The notes: generated by a model not told the origin, from the sequence alone. A DNA stretch of 64,000 nucleotides from Haloplanus sp. (GCA_042216635.1 JBDGTR010000017.1:1615-65614); one strand, 5' to 3'. Shown: positions 1 through 10,053, numbered from the stretch's first letter. Translations and numbers: made by a program.

Positions 1-187
1 CGACGTCGACCAGCGCCTGGTCCGGATCGGTCGCTACCTGGCCGGTCCCCGAGACGCTGACCGTCGTCGCATCGGTCGTCGAGTTGTCCACCGCGGCCGT
101 CGCCGCCGGCTGGATCGCCGCGCCGACCGCGACGAGGCTCGCCAGTAGCAGTCCGGCGATCACGACCGACGTACGTACGCGCTTCAT
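1..187 (-). CDS. SIMPL (DUF541) domain secreted protein, 5' part only (runs off the window)
   Basis: Manual translation from ATG at 187: MKRVRTSVVIAGLLLASLVAVGAA...TVSVSGTGQVATDPDQALVDV. Signal peptide followed by the typical SIMPL N-terminal motif. Confidence 0.75.
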   Translation of the reverse strand, partial: MKRVRTSVVIAGLLLASLVAVGAAIQPAATAAVDNSTTDATTVSVSGTGQVATDPDQALVDV

Positions 188-282
188 GCCCGAACGTCGA
201 CTCCGTCGCCCATTGTAATAGCCTGGCTATCGGGCGCCGGGACCGGTACGGAGGGGCTGACGGCGACGGCTCGCTGGCCGCC

Positions 283-477
283 CTACCCCAGCCACGCCAC
301 CAGGCCGGCGACGACGAGGCCGAGCGCGACGAGACCGCCGCCGATCGCGAGGAGCAGGGCCGCCACCACGGCCGTGTTCGGGGCGGCGACGTAGGTCAGG
401 CCCGCGGCGAACAGGACGATGCCGGCGACCATCGCGGTGACGAACAGGACGAACCCCGGCGTGATGTCGTCGCTCAT
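283..477 (-). CDS. small membrane protein (2 TM)
   Basis: 64 aa, two hydrophobic helices, acidic N-terminus. Confidence 0.6.
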   Translation of the reverse strand: MSDDITPGFVLFVTAMVAGIVLFAAGLTYVAAPNTAVVAALLLAIGGGLVALGLVVAGLVAWLG

Positions 478-595
478 TGGTCGGCGGCGCGAGACGGGCC
501 GCGTACGCCGGGGGCCGCTTCGCCCGGCTGTGGGTTCACTGTTTCGACGCCCGGCCCGCCAGAAATCGAGTGCGGCGTCCGGGCGGTGCGGGACC

Positions 596-805
596 TCAGG
601 AGAGGTATCCGAGCTCCGTCAGCCGCTCGCGGAGTTCGTCGTCCTCGTGCGCTGCCGCCTCGACGGCCTCGTGTTCGAGCGCCCGTTCTCGTTCGAGAAC
701 GACGAGGTACTGGAGCGCGGTCCTGATCCGGTAGCGCGCCTTCTCGTCGTCCGCGTGATCCAGTGCACCGTCCAGCAACTGCCTGAGCGTGTTGATCGTC
801 TGCAT
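596..805 (-). CDS. small acidic hypothetical protein
   Basis: 69 aa acidic helical ORF ending LRERLTELGYL, co-oriented with its neighbours. Confidence 0.65.
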   Translation of the reverse strand: MQTINTLRQLLDGALDHADDEKARYRIRTALQYLVVLERERALEHEAVEAAAHEDDELRERLTELGYLS

Positions 806-856
806 CGTGTTCCCCGTCCCCGCGTCCGCGTCGATGATTCGGCCAGTGCTCCGTCG

Positions 857-1270
857 TCAGTCACACAGCAGCCCCGAGCCCGGCGTGAGACGGCCGGGGC
901 ACTCCCGGTGCGAGAGTTCGAGTTCGATCGTCTCGCCGTCGCCGACCGAGACGGTCACGTCGTCGACGATGCGGACGTACTCGCTGGCGTGGTGGCCGGA
1001 GGGGTTGAGCCGCGTCCGCTCGCCGAGCAGCCCCACGTCGGTCAGGACGTCGAGCTTCCGGTACATCGTCGATCCCGGGACGTCGCAGGCCTCGATCAGT
1101 TCGGTGGCCGACCGCGCGTCCTCGCTCGTCGCGTCCAGGATGGCGCGGCAGTCGTCGTCGTTCAGCGCGTCCAGGATCTCCTGGACCGTCTCCTGGTCGT
1201 CGACGACCGTGGCTGCGTCGGCGGACTCGGTCCGGCGGACCGTCGCGGCTGCGGTCGGTGACTGGCTCAT
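857..1270 (-). CDS. ArsR-like winged-HTH transcriptional regulator
   Basis: LDALNDDDCRAIL...SATELIEACDVPGSTMYRKLDVL...GHHASEY, a common haloarchaeal wHTH pattern. Confidence 0.85.
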   Translation of the reverse strand: MSQSPTAAATVRRTESADAATVVDDQETVQEILDALNDDDCRAILDATSEDARSATELIEACDVPGSTMYRKLDVLTDVGLLGERTRLNPSGHHASEYVRIVDDVTVSVGDGETIELELSHRECPGRLTPGSGLLCD

Positions 1271-1406
1271 GTTTCACAGTGTGGCCGCGTCTGGGAGGAG
1301 CACACACCCACAGCATCCGGGTAGGTTTATAAGAGGGTCGGCGGCGGGTGCGGGTCTCGCCAGCGGTCGCGGGCGTCGCTCGGCGCACCGGTCGCGGTTC
1401 CGGGCG

Positions 1407-1553
1407 TTACCGGAACGCCGTGAGCGGCACGGCGCTCCCGCAGACGACGCACCCGTGTTCGACGAGGGCGGCCTGCATCGCGTCGCTCACCGACATCGAC
1501 TCGCTGCAGACCGGGCAGACGAAGGTGTGAGTGGCCGGGTCAGTGGTGCTCAT
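1407..1553 (-). CDS. small zinc-finger (CPxC...CxxCG) microprotein
   Basis: MSTTDPATHTFVCPVCSESM...HGCVVCGSAV (48 aa); TATA-like ATATAT ~28 bp upstream. Confidence 0.8.
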   Translation of the reverse strand: MSTTDPATHTFVCPVCSESMSVSDAMQAALVEHGCVVCGSAVPLTAFR

Positions 1554-1660
1554 CGTTGGTTCGAGGTACGTCGTCGCGGGATATATCGCCCGCCCCCGAT
1601 TCTGACGCCGTGGGAACGGTAGTCGAACACGTTCGACCGGGGCCGGCGGTCGGCGAGCGC

Positions 1661-2452
1661 CTACGCCCTGGCCTGGTCGAGCCAGACTGGTTCGGTCACG
1701 TCGGTGCTCCCGACGCCCGAGAGTTCGTAGGTGAACTCGACCGCCTTCTTCGTGCCGGCGTCGTCGACGCCGGCGCCGCTCCAGTGTTCGGACCGGACCA
1801 GCCCCTGGTCGTCGACCAGCACTTCGTAGGAGAAGTCGGTCCAGCGGATCTCTCCGTCGGACTGCTGCTGGGCCGCGAGCCAGGGCGCCGTCTCGTCCAT
1901 CACGTACCGCCGCACGCGGACGCCGTCGTAGGTCTCCGTGCCCGCGAACGAGAACGAGTCCAGGGAGCCGCTGCTGGAGACGAACGCCGCCCGGTCGACC
2001 TGGGAGATCGTGTCGAAGTCGGCGGCCGAGGACGCGTAGGTCGCCTCCTCGCCCTCGCCGATGCGCTGGTAGCTCCGGCCGTCGGCGTAGTAGGCGGCCG
2101 CGCTGGTCCGCGTCTCGCCGTCCTGCGTGGTTCGCATCTCGAAGCTGTACCGCTCGGCGCCGTAGTTCAGCGCCGTGACGTAGGCCGTCTCCCCGACGAC
2201 CTCGCCGTCCTCCAGCGACTGCATCCGCCAGACGGACGTGTAACTCCCCGCCTCGCGGAGCGCGGCCGTCCGGTTCTCGACGATCGACACGGCGTCGCCG
2301 CCGTCGCCTCCCCCGCTCCCGCCGTCGCTCCCGCCGCCGTCCATCGATCCGGCGTCCGGCGCCGCGCCCGGGCCGCCCCCGACGCAACCGGCCGTGACGA
2401 CGAGCAGTGCGACGAGCAGTCCTGAGACGATAGTTCGTGACACGTGAATCAT
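1661..2452 (-). CDS. secreted lipoprotein (LolA/LppX-like beta-rich fold, tentative)
   Basis: Lipobox VTAGC, Gly-rich linker, then an acidic beta-rich domain. Confidence 0.7.
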   Translation of the reverse strand: MIHVSRTIVSGLLVALLVVTAGCVGGGPGAAPDAGSMDGGGSDGGSGGGDGGDAVSIVENRTAALREAGSYTSVWRMQSLEDGEVVGETAYVTALNYGAERYSFEMRTTQDGETRTSAAAYYADGRSYQRIGEGEEATYASSAADFDTISQVDRAAFVSSSGSLDSFSFAGTETYDGVRVRRYVMDETAPWLAAQQQSDGEIRWTDFSYEVLVDDQGLVRSEHWSGAGVDDAGTKKAVEFTYELSGVGSTDVTEPVWLDQARA

Positions 2453-2518
2453 ACTCTACCCGACATAATAAACTAGCCTACTCGCGGGTATCTCGCGAGC
2501 AGGTGTCGCCGGCGGTCG

Positions 2519-3082
2519 TCACGGCGGACTCGGGGTCGGCTGCGGGCTGCGCGCCGCGCCGCCGACGGGACGTACGAGCAGCGTCACCTCGGTCCGGCCG
2601 CGGTCGGTCGTCACCCGCACGTCGAGCGCGACGGCCAGGACGTGGGTCGTGCCCGCGCGCTCCTGGACGACGACGCCGCGACGCGCCTCGCAGGGGCCGA
2701 ACTGTCGGGCCGGCCCGCCGGGACAGGCCGCGCTCGCCCAGTCGGTCGCGGCGGCCTCGTCGTAGTCGACGGCGTAGGCGGTCCCGCGCGCCAGGCGCGC
2801 GGTCCGGAGCCTGTCGAGGTGCGGCGCGAGCGCGTCCCTGGTAGCGTCGATTGCCCGGTCCCGGGCGGTCCAGTCGTACTCGCCGGTGACGTTGGTCCCG
2901 ACCTCGTGGACGGCACGGGACAGGAACCGCTCGGCGTTGGCGGCCGGGGCGTCGTAGTCGGCGCTCGCCCGGACGTCGGCCTGGTAGCCCAGTTGCAGGT
3001 ACGCGAGCACGACCGGCGCGAGCGCGACGGCGACGACGCCGGCCGCGACGAGCACGAGCTGCGCGCGCGACCGCGAGGCCAT
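2519..3082 (-). CDS. class III signal peptide (prepilin-like) protein, DUF7261-like
   Basis: MASRSRAQ|LVLVAAGVVAVALAPVVLAYLQLGY: RAQ cleavage motif plus hydrophobic stretch. CTTAT box ~27 bp upstream. Confidence 0.75.
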   Translation of the reverse strand: MASRSRAQLVLVAAGVVAVALAPVVLAYLQLGYQADVRASADYDAPAANAERFLSRAVHEVGTNVTGEYDWTARDRAIDATRDALAPHLDRLRTARLARGTAYAVDYDEAAATDWASAACPGGPARQFGPCEARRGVVVQERAGTTHVLAVALDVRVTTDRGRTEVTLLVRPVGGAARSPQPTPSPP

Positions 3083-3221
3083 CGGCGTCCGGTCGCGCCG
3101 GCCGCGACATAAGGGTCCGGACCGACTCGCGCGACGAGGCGCCCGCGACGCGGGCGCGGGGAAACGACAGTCGCGCTTTGACGTTCCACAGGACCCTTGA
3201 CCGCGCGGGACGGCCGTCGCA

Positions 3222-4175
3222 GTGATGCGCGCCCGACTGGTCCTGCTCGCCACGGTCCTCCTCGCGGGGTGTCTCGGTGCGCCTGGGACCGGGAGTCCCG
3301 ACCGCGCCGGGACGCCCGCCTTCGAGGCCCGCGTCTTCGACCACGCCGGCGTCGACCGGGTCGCCATCGAGGGCGGCCTCCGGTACGACCCCGACCGCTC
3401 GACGGTCGCCCGCTACTACGTCACGACGGTGACGTCCACGGCCGAGACCGCGCGCTTCGACCGGTCGGTGGTCCACGGCGGCGCGTGGGCCTTCATCGAG
3501 AACACGTCGTTCGACCGGTCGTACCTCGTCGTGATCCAGGCGACGCCGGCGTCGTCGGTCCCCGACTACCGCGTCGAGTCCGTCCGGCAGCAGGACGGGA
3601 CGCTCCACGTGGCCGTCGACGACTCCAGCCGCGGCGGGACGGCCGACGTCACGGTCGAGACGGTCCTCCTGCGGGTCCGGGGCGACCCGCCCGACCAGGT
3701 GACGGTGCGCACCGAGGAGGGGCGGACGTTCTCGACGGGCACCCACGTCGTCACGCCGGCGCCGACGCCGGCGGTCGACCTGCCGTACGCGGCCGCGAAC
3801 GACTCGGCGAACGTCGCGTCTCCGCGCGACCTCCGGATCGTGAACGAGGGCGCCCACACGAACAGCTACCACGTCACGGTCGCCGCCAGCGAGCGGCCGG
3901 CCTGCCGGGACCTGACGCCGGCCTGTGGGCGACCGAACCGGCTCGTGACGCTGGTCGAGGCGCGCGGGAAGCTCCCGCCGGCCGAGTCCCGGACCTGGCG
4001 CGACGTGGTCGCGCGGCGCGGCGACTACGTCCTCACCGTCTCGGTGGCCGTCCCGGCCGACGACGGGGGACGCCGGACCGTCACCCGGCGGCTCACCTGG
4101 CACGTGGACGAGCGCCACGGCGACGCGGTCCTCACGGTGACCGACGAGGGCGTCGCCCTCTCGCAGGCGGCGTGA
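3222..4175 (+). CDS. secreted lipoprotein
   Basis: Lipobox LLAGC after a hydrophobic N-terminus; 317 aa. Confidence 0.7.
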   Translation: MMRARLVLLATVLLAGCLGAPGTGSPDRAGTPAFEARVFDHAGVDRVAIEGGLRYDPDRSTVARYYVTTVTSTAETARFDRSVVHGGAWAFIENTSFDRSYLVVIQATPASSVPDYRVESVRQQDGTLHVAVDDSSRGGTADVTVETVLLRVRGDPPDQVTVRTEEGRTFSTGTHVVTPAPTPAVDLPYAAANDSANVASPRDLRIVNEGAHTNSYHVTVAASERPACRDLTPACGRPNRLVTLVEARGKLPPAESRTWRDVVARRGDYVLTVSVAVPADDGGRRTVTRRLTWHVDERHGDAVLTVTDEGVALSQAA

Positions 4176-4185
4176 GTCTGCGCCG

Positions 4186-4980
4186 TCAGGCGCCGGGCCA
4201 CTCGTCCGCGCCGAGCGGCTCGCCCGACAGGAACGCGGGGATGCCCTCCGAGGCGTCGGCCGTCACGCACAGCGCGGCGAACTCCTCGTTGGAGTAGTCG
4301 AGCGCCTCCTCGTAGGACAGGTCGACCATCTCGTAGTAGGCGCGTTTGCCGCGCTGGACGGCGACGGGGCTCTTGGCCGCGATGGTCTCCGCCAGGTCCA
4401 GCGCCGCCTCGCGGAGGTCCTCGTCCGGGACCACCCGGTTGACCAGTCCCCAGTCGAGCGCGGTCTCGGCGTCGACGAGGTTCCCCGTCAGCAGGAGTTC
4501 GAGACAGCGCTTCTGCGGGAGCGACCGCATCAGGGGCACCGCCGGCCCCATGCAGAACAGGCCGACCTTCGGGGCGGTCGCGCCGAGCTTCGTCCCCTCG
4601 GCGAGGACGGCCAGATCGCAGGCGGCGACCAGCCCGATGCCGTTCGCCGCGGCGTGCCCGTGGGCCGCCGCGATGACCGGCGTCCGCATGTCGGCGATGG
4701 TCTTGAACGGCTCCTCCATCTGCGCCACCCACGTCAGGTACTCCGACTCGCTGCCGTACTCCTCGTACTCCGAGAGGTCGATGCCGGCCGAGAACGCCCG
4801 CCCGGCACCCGTCACCACGACCGCGCGGACGTCGGCCTCGTCGTCCAGCGTCGTCAGCGCGCCGTCCAGTTCCTGGGCCTGTTGCGTGCTGAACGTGTTC
4901 ATCGACTCCGGCCGCGAGAGCGTGACGACTGCGACGTGACCGTCCCGCTCGACCTCGACTGTCTCGTACTCGGTGGCCAT
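4186..4980 (-). CDS. enoyl-CoA hydratase/isomerase family protein
   Basis: VTLSRPESMN, TGAGRAFSAGIDL and PVIAAAHGHAAANG crotonase motifs. Confidence 0.92.
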   Translation of the reverse strand: MATEYETVEVERDGHVAVVTLSRPESMNTFSTQQAQELDGALTTLDDEADVRAVVVTGAGRAFSAGIDLSEYEEYGSESEYLTWVAQMEEPFKTIADMRTPVIAAAHGHAAANGIGLVAACDLAVLAEGTKLGATAPKVGLFCMGPAVPLMRSLPQKRCLELLLTGNLVDAETALDWGLVNRVVPDEDLREAALDLAETIAAKSPVAVQRGKRAYYEMVDLSYEEALDYSNEEFAALCVTADASEGIPAFLSGEPLGADEWPGA

Positions 4981-5070
4981 GTGTCGCTGTCACGCGCGAC
5001 GAGGAGAAAAACCCCCGGACCCCCGGGGACGACTTATACTACCGCGCGCTACTGCGAGTAGACGCCCCGG

Positions 5071-6723
5071 ATGAGATCGCTCGCGCGGTTCCCCGACCGC
5101 CGCTGGCCGCCCAGGAGCGACGCCGACCGCCGCTGGCTGGCGGCGTCGCTCCTGGTCGGCGCGCTCTGTTACGTCGCCTACCTCTCGCTCTACCCCGAAC
5201 CCGCCCAGGGAGCCGGCTTCTACCTGACGGCCGCCGACGCCCTCCGCCGGCACGGGTACGCGCTCCCGTGGCGCGTCCCCTTCTACACGGCCGGCGGGGT
5301 CCCCTTCGCCTATCCGCCGCTGGCCTTCTACGCGCTCGCGGTCGCGCTCGACCTGGGCGCCGCCCCGCTCGCGCTCGCGCGCCTGGTCCCGGGCCTGGTC
5401 GCGCTCGCGGCGCTCGTCCCCTACTACGCGCTCGCGCGCGAGGTGCTCGAATCGCCTGCGCGCGCCGGGACGGCGACGGCTCTCCTGGCGATCACGCCCG
5501 CGGCGCTCCAGTGGCACGTCGCCGCGGGCGGGCTCGTCCGCGCGCCGGCGTTCCTGTTCGCGCTCGGCACCTGCTACGCGGGCTGGCGGCTGTTCGCCGC
5601 GGGCGACCGCCGCTGGCTGCCCCCCGCCGTCGCGCTGTTCGCGGCGACCGTCCTGACCCACCCCGTGTACGCGACGTTCGCGGGGGTGAGCTGTCTCGCC
5701 ATCTACGCCGCCGTCGATCGCTCGCCGCGCGGCGTCGCGTTCGGCGCGGTCGTCGTCGCCGGCGGTGCGGTCCTGAGCGCGCCGTGGTGGGCGCTCGTCC
5801 TGGTCCGGCACGGGCCGGGCGTCTTCGCGGGCGCCGCGGGGACGCACGCGGGCCTCGGCGGCGGCCTCGCTCGCCTCGGCGCCTCGTTTCTCGCGCCGCT
5901 CGTCGCCCTCGACGGCGACCTCCCGTTCTATCTCCTGGCGTTCGGGGGCGCGCTCGCACTCCTCGGCCGCCGCCGCGCGCTCCTCCCGCTGTGGCTGCTG
6001 GTCGTCGGGTACGCGCTCCGGCAGCCGCGCTTCCTGTTCGTCCCGGGGTCGATGGCTGCCGCGGTCCTGGTCGTCGACGTGCTCGCACCGCGCGCCCGGA
6101 CCGCGCTGGCTCGCGTCCACGGCCGCGGGCGCGGCGCGTCCGTCTCGTCCGCGACCGCCGGGACCGCGGTCCTGGTCGCGCTCGTGGCGAGCGTGCTCGT
6201 CGTCGGGAGCGTGGCCGCGCTCGCGCCCGCGGCCGGGCCGCGACACGTTCCGCCGCCCGACGACGAGCGGTACGCGGCCACGCCGCTCCCGCCGATGTAC
6301 GTCGTCGGGGGCGACCGCGCGGCGCTCGCGTGGGTGCGGGCCAACACCGACCACGGGAGCCGGTTCGTCGTGCTCGGCGACGCCGCCGAGTGGTTCCCGC
6401 TCCTCTCCCGGCGCCCCCTGCTGGTCAGCCCCTGGGGGGCGGAGTGGGCCGGTCCCGCGGCGTTCCGGCGCCATCGCGACCTGTACGACGCGCTGGCCGC
6501 CTGCCCGACCGCCGACTGCGTCACGCGCGGTCTCCGGGACGCCGGCGTCGACCCGCAGTACCTCTACGTCCAGACCGGCCACTACACGGTCCGGCGGACG
6601 CCCCACTACCGCGGCGCCGCGGCCCGACAGTCCTTCGCCGCCTCGCCCCGCTACGAGGTGGTGTTCGCGAACGACGCGGGGTTCGTGGTCCACGTGGCCG
6701 AGCGGAGCGAGGCCACGTCCTGA
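5071..6723 (+). CDS. ArnT/PMT-like (GT-C) multi-pass membrane glycosyltransferase
   Basis: Many TM helices; VPFYTAGGVPFAYPPL and EWFP...SPWGAEW motifs of haloarchaeal GT-C-like proteins. Confidence 0.7.
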   Translation: MRSLARFPDRRWPPRSDADRRWLAASLLVGALCYVAYLSLYPEPAQGAGFYLTAADALRRHGYALPWRVPFYTAGGVPFAYPPLAFYALAVALDLGAAPLALARLVPGLVALAALVPYYALAREVLESPARAGTATALLAITPAALQWHVAAGGLVRAPAFLFALGTCYAGWRLFAAGDRRWLPPAVALFAATVLTHPVYATFAGVSCLAIYAAVDRSPRGVAFGAVVVAGGAVLSAPWWALVLVRHGPGVFAGAAGTHAGLGGGLARLGASFLAPLVALDGDLPFYLLAFGGALALLGRRRALLPLWLLVVGYALRQPRFLFVPGSMAAAVLVVDVLAPRARTALARVHGRGRGASVSSATAGTAVLVALVASVLVVGSVAALAPAAGPRHVPPPDDERYAATPLPPMYVVGGDRAALAWVRANTDHGSRFVVLGDAAEWFPLLSRRPLLVSPWGAEWAGPAAFRRHRDLYDALAACPTADCVTRGLRDAGVDPQYLYVQTGHYTVRRTPHYRGAAARQSFAASPRYEVVFANDAGFVVHVAERSEATS

Positions 6724-6887
6724 GCGAGCGGCGAGTAGAGCGAGCCGCGAGCCGCGCGGCCGAGCGGAGCGAGGCCACGTCCTGAGCGAGCGGTGAGCGC
6801 AGCGAGCCGCGAGCCGCGCGGCCGAGCGGAGCGAGGCCACGTCCTGAGCGAGCGGTGAGCGCAGCGAGCCGCGAGCCGCGCGGCCGA
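6696..6887 (+). repeat. 62-bp tandem repeat, 3 copies plus 6 bp
   Basis: Unit GGCCGAGCGGAGCGAGGCCACGTCCTGAGCGAGCGGTGAGCGCAGCGAGCCGCGAGCCGCGC starts at 6696, 6758 and 6820. Copies 2 and 3 are identical; copy 1 has a few substitutions. Confidence 0.95.
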
Positions 6888-7088
6888 CCACCGGGAGGTC
6901 AGGTCCGGAGCGCGGCCCGTCGTTCGCGCCTCGCACGACTCGACGGGCAGCCACGACAATCCGGTCCGTACCTGGTAACTACCTGGCCGGGAGCGGTATC
7001 CACGCTCGGTCACCTCGCGGGTATCGGCAGGGAAGCCGTTAGAACTGTTAACTCGCTAAGGATCGCTTACCGGGACACGCACGTAGCC

Positions 7089-7355
7089 ATGCAGGAGCCC
7101 TCTCTCGCTTCGATTTGCGCACACGTCCTCGTGCTGGTCGCGCGGCGGTGTGCGGCACTGGTCCGGGTGGCGGCCTTCTGGGCCGCGATCGTCCTCCCCA
7201 TGCTGTACGTCCCGCTCCTCCTCCTCGGCACCGTCTCGGCGACGGCCCCGTCGATCCTCTGGAAGCTCGTCGCCCTCAACATCGCGGCGCTGGTCGTCGG
7301 GTACGGGTACGGTACCCCGCTCGGCGAGGACCGCGAGGGCCCGGCGCGCGAGTAG
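7089..7355 (+). CDS. small haloarchaeal membrane protein
   Basis: AAFWAAIVLPMLYVPLL...LNIAALVVGYGY pattern; AT-rich promoter at ~7040-7060. Confidence 0.7.
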   Translation: MQEPSLASICAHVLVLVARRCAALVRVAAFWAAIVLPMLYVPLLLLGTVSATAPSILWKLVALNIAALVVGYGYGTPLGEDREGPARE

Positions 7356-7438
7356 GCCGCGGTTCCCGGCCAGCAGCCGTGCCCGGGCGCCGCCAGCGCG
7401 CCGACAGGCTGGCGTTACCAGCGGCGGCCCGGATCCAG

Positions 7439-8242
7439 TCAGCTCTGCGTTCCGGTCCCGGTTCCGGTTCCAGTCGCGGTCCCGGTCCCCGTCTCGGTCC
7501 CCGTCTCCGGGGCCTGGTTCGCCGCGAGCGACTCCCAGGTGACCTGTCCCGCGTCGAGGACGTTGGACGGCGCGAGCGCGGGGTCGGTGAGCGTCGCGCG
7601 TGCCAGTCCGACCGGGCCGGCGCGCGGGTCCGGCAGCGCCGCCGCGTCGGCCGTCTCGAACGGCGCCTCGGTGACGTCGCCCACGACGACCCGCATCGCC
7701 ATCCCGAACGTCTCGTGGGGCGAACAGAGGAGGTCGTACACGCCGGGCGTCTCGAAGGCGTGGAACCAGCTGTCGGGGATCGGGCCGTCCGTGCCGCTCG
7801 TCCCGTCGCCGGTCTCCGCTGGCGGGTCGATCTGGTCGCCCGGGATCGAGTCGGGCCGCCACCCGTGGATGGGTGCGGAGAACGGGCCGACGCCGGTCGG
7901 CATCCGCCGTTGCATCCCGAACGCCGGGTGGTAGGAGACGACGTTGTGGTCGGGCGTCTCGAAGACGAACTGGAGCACGTCGCCGGGCTGGATGGCGATC
8001 CCGGTCGGCTGGTAGAAGAAGTCCGCCGGCCGCTCGGGGTTCGTCGGCGGGCCCTGGATCACCGTCTGGACCTGGTGGACCGTGCGCGTCCGGTCGCGGG
8101 TCCGGTCGCGGTCGGGCGTGTCCGTCCCGTTCCCCTGCTGGGCCGTCGCCGTCCCGCCGAGCGCCGACAGGACGGTGCCGGCCCCGAGTGCCTTCATCAG
8201 TGTCCGACGGTTCGAGTCGAGTCGGCGCTCTCGCGGTGGCAT
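7439..8242 (-). CDS. TAT-exported cupredoxin (halocyanin-like) with Thr-Gly tail
   Basis: NRRTLMK TAT motif; type-1 Cu ligands HNV...CSPHETFGM; C-terminal (TG)n. Confidence 0.85.
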   Translation of the reverse strand: MPPRERRLDSNRRTLMKALGAGTVLSALGGTATAQQGNGTDTPDRDRTRDRTRTVHQVQTVIQGPPTNPERPADFFYQPTGIAIQPGDVLQFVFETPDHNVVSYHPAFGMQRRMPTGVGPFSAPIHGWRPDSIPGDQIDPPAETGDGTSGTDGPIPDSWFHAFETPGVYDLLCSPHETFGMAMRVVVGDVTEAPFETADAAALPDPRAGPVGLARATLTDPALAPSNVLDAGQVTWESLAANQAPETGTETGTGTATGTGTGTGTQS

Positions 8243-8430
8243 AGCGCTGAACGCACGGTCCGCTCGCTCTTTGTTACGAGGCGGGTACCGATCGGCCGGC
8301 CGTCAAGGCCGGCGTTACCGGCCGCAGTCGTCGCCGTCCTGGCGGCAGCGGCCCGTGACTCGCCTGCCCTCTGGCGGTAGCGTCGGCGTGCAGACGCTGA
8401 CGACCCCGATCGGACCGACCGGCCGACCGC

Positions 8431-8631
8431 CTAGGCGGTCCGCTCGGACGTCGAGGTCCCGATGACCAGGGTTCCGGCGACGAGGAGCGCGACGCCGCCG
8501 AGCGCCAGCACGATGGGGGTGACGCTGGTCGCCGGGACCGCGGTCAGCGACATGATGGCGGCGAACCCGACCAGGATGATGGCGGCTCCGAGGGCGATGC
8601 GTCGGCGTCCGGCGGTGTCGTCCACTGGCAT
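8431..8631 (-). CDS. small membrane protein (2 TM)
   Basis: MPVDDTAGRRRIALGAAIILVG... ending in GTSTSERTA. Confidence 0.6.
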   Translation of the reverse strand: MPVDDTAGRRRIALGAAIILVGFAAIMSLTAVPATSVTPIVLALGGVALLVAGTLVIGTSTSERTA

Positions 8632-8698
8632 GTCCGGTCGTCCGGTCGCCAGCCACTCCGCTCCATCCCCGAACACGTTCGCGGCCGGGCGTCCGGCC

Positions 8699-9436
8699 TC
8701 AGAAGTGGGCGAACTTGTCGCGGCGGTAGAGGTCGAGTTCGCTCACCGTGTCGACGCCGTCCTGCTGGAGCGCGAACCGGATGGCCTCCGCAACGGCCTC
8801 GGGGGCGGTGGCCTCGTCCGGCCCGTAGCTCTCGGCCTGGGAGGGGCCGTCCTCGTCGCCGAACTCGGTGCGGACCTCGGTGGGGTTGACGACGGAGACG
8901 GCGACGCCGTCGTCGCCGACCTGGCCCTCCAGGCTGTGGGCGAACCCGCGCGTCCACCACTTCGTCGCGGCGTAGACCGGGTTGTGCGGCCGGGGGTACT
9001 GGCCCGCGAAGCTCGCGACGAACACGAGCACGCCCGCCGTCTCGCGGAGGTGGGGGAGCGCCGCCCGCGTCGCGTAGAACATCCCGTCGGCGTTCACGGC
9101 CATCATCCGGTGGTAGTCCTCGTCGTCCAGCGTTTCGACGTCGTCGCCGAGGCCGATGCCGGCGTTGTTCACGAGCGCGTCGAGCGCGCCGTGCTCGTCG
9201 ACGGCCGTCGCGATCAGGTCGTCGACCTGCTCGCGCTCGGTGACGTCCGTCTCGACCGGGGTCGCCGAGACCCCGTGCGTCGACTCCAGGTCGCTCGCGA
9301 GGTCGTCGAGGCGGTCCAGCCGCCGCGCTGCGAGGACGAGGTCGGCGCCCTCGGCGGCGACCGCGCGCGCCGTCGCCGCTCCGATGCCCGAACTCGCACC
9401 AGTGATGACCACGGTGTGTCCGTCGATCGACTGCAT
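8699..9436 (-). CDS. SDR family oxidoreductase
   Basis: TGASSGIG, NNAG and YAATK motifs. Confidence 0.93.
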   Translation of the reverse strand: MQSIDGHTVVITGASSGIGAATARAVAAEGADLVLAARRLDRLDDLASDLESTHGVSATPVETDVTEREQVDDLIATAVDEHGALDALVNNAGIGLGDDVETLDDEDYHRMMAVNADGMFYATRAALPHLRETAGVLVFVASFAGQYPRPHNPVYAATKWWTRGFAHSLEGQVGDDGVAVSVVNPTEVRTEFGDEDGPSQAESYGPDEATAPEAVAEAIRFALQQDGVDTVSELDLYRRDKFAHF

Positions 9437-9477
9437 GTCCGTGGCCACGGACTGCCACCGGAAAGCCGTTCTGCCCC

Positions 9478-9708
9478 TCACTCGGTCAGCGGGAGCAGGA
9501 TGCCGAACACGAGCGGGGTGAGCAGCGCGAGCAGGATGCCGACGACCTCGGCGTCCCAGAGCAGCGACGCCTCCCAGGCCGGGAGCTGGAGGCCGATCGC
9601 GTGCGCGCCGAGCGCACCCACGGCGCCGACCGCGAACAGCACCACGCCGACCAGGAACCCGCCCTTCGTGAACGTCGAGTAGTCGAGGTTGCCGTACCGA
9701 CCGGTCAT
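9478..9708 (-). CDS. small conserved haloarchaeal membrane protein
   Basis: MTGRYGNLDYSTFTKGGF...FGILLPLTE, 2 TM. Confidence 0.75.
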   Translation of the reverse strand: MTGRYGNLDYSTFTKGGFLVGVVLFAVGAVGALGAHAIGLQLPAWEASLLWDAEVVGILLALLTPLVFGILLPLTE

Positions 9709-9792
9709 ACACCACCGGTCCGGCAGACCGAGTAAAGACTGTTCCGCTGCGAGACCGAAAAGGCTTCACGCCTCCACGGTCGAGAGCCGGGC

Positions 9793-10053
9793 ATGCTTCC
9801 CGAGCTGTCGGCGATGCTCCCCGAGCTCGTCGAGTTACTGGCCTTCGGCGTGGGGACAGTCGCCCTGTCTGTCGCCGGATTCTCCATCGAACAGTTCGCC
9901 ATGACGTCGCTCCAGAGCGGACAGCCCAAACTCGGTGCGTGGGCGGGGTTCGTCGGACTGGTGACGCTGGCCTTCGCGGTCCTGCTGGCGACCGACAAGT
10001 TCCACCCCCGACTCACGGCCGTCCGCGCGCGGCTGGCAGAACGGGCCGACTGA
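9793..10053 (+). CDS. small membrane protein
   Basis: Two hydrophobic helices; divergent from the previous gene. Confidence 0.6.
   Translation: MLPELSAMLPELVELLAFGVGTVALSVAGFSIEQFAMTSLQSGQPKLGAWAGFVGLVTLAFAVLLATDKFHPRLTAVRARLAERAD

Noticed and set aside
3083-3220. Recombination site matching 37700-37810 for the proposed inversion
   Set aside because: No convincing inverted repeat found by eye and no recombinase in the window, so active phase variation is not claimed.
6696-6887. Possible CRISPR array
   Set aside because: The units are contiguous with no unique spacers, and no cas genes are present.
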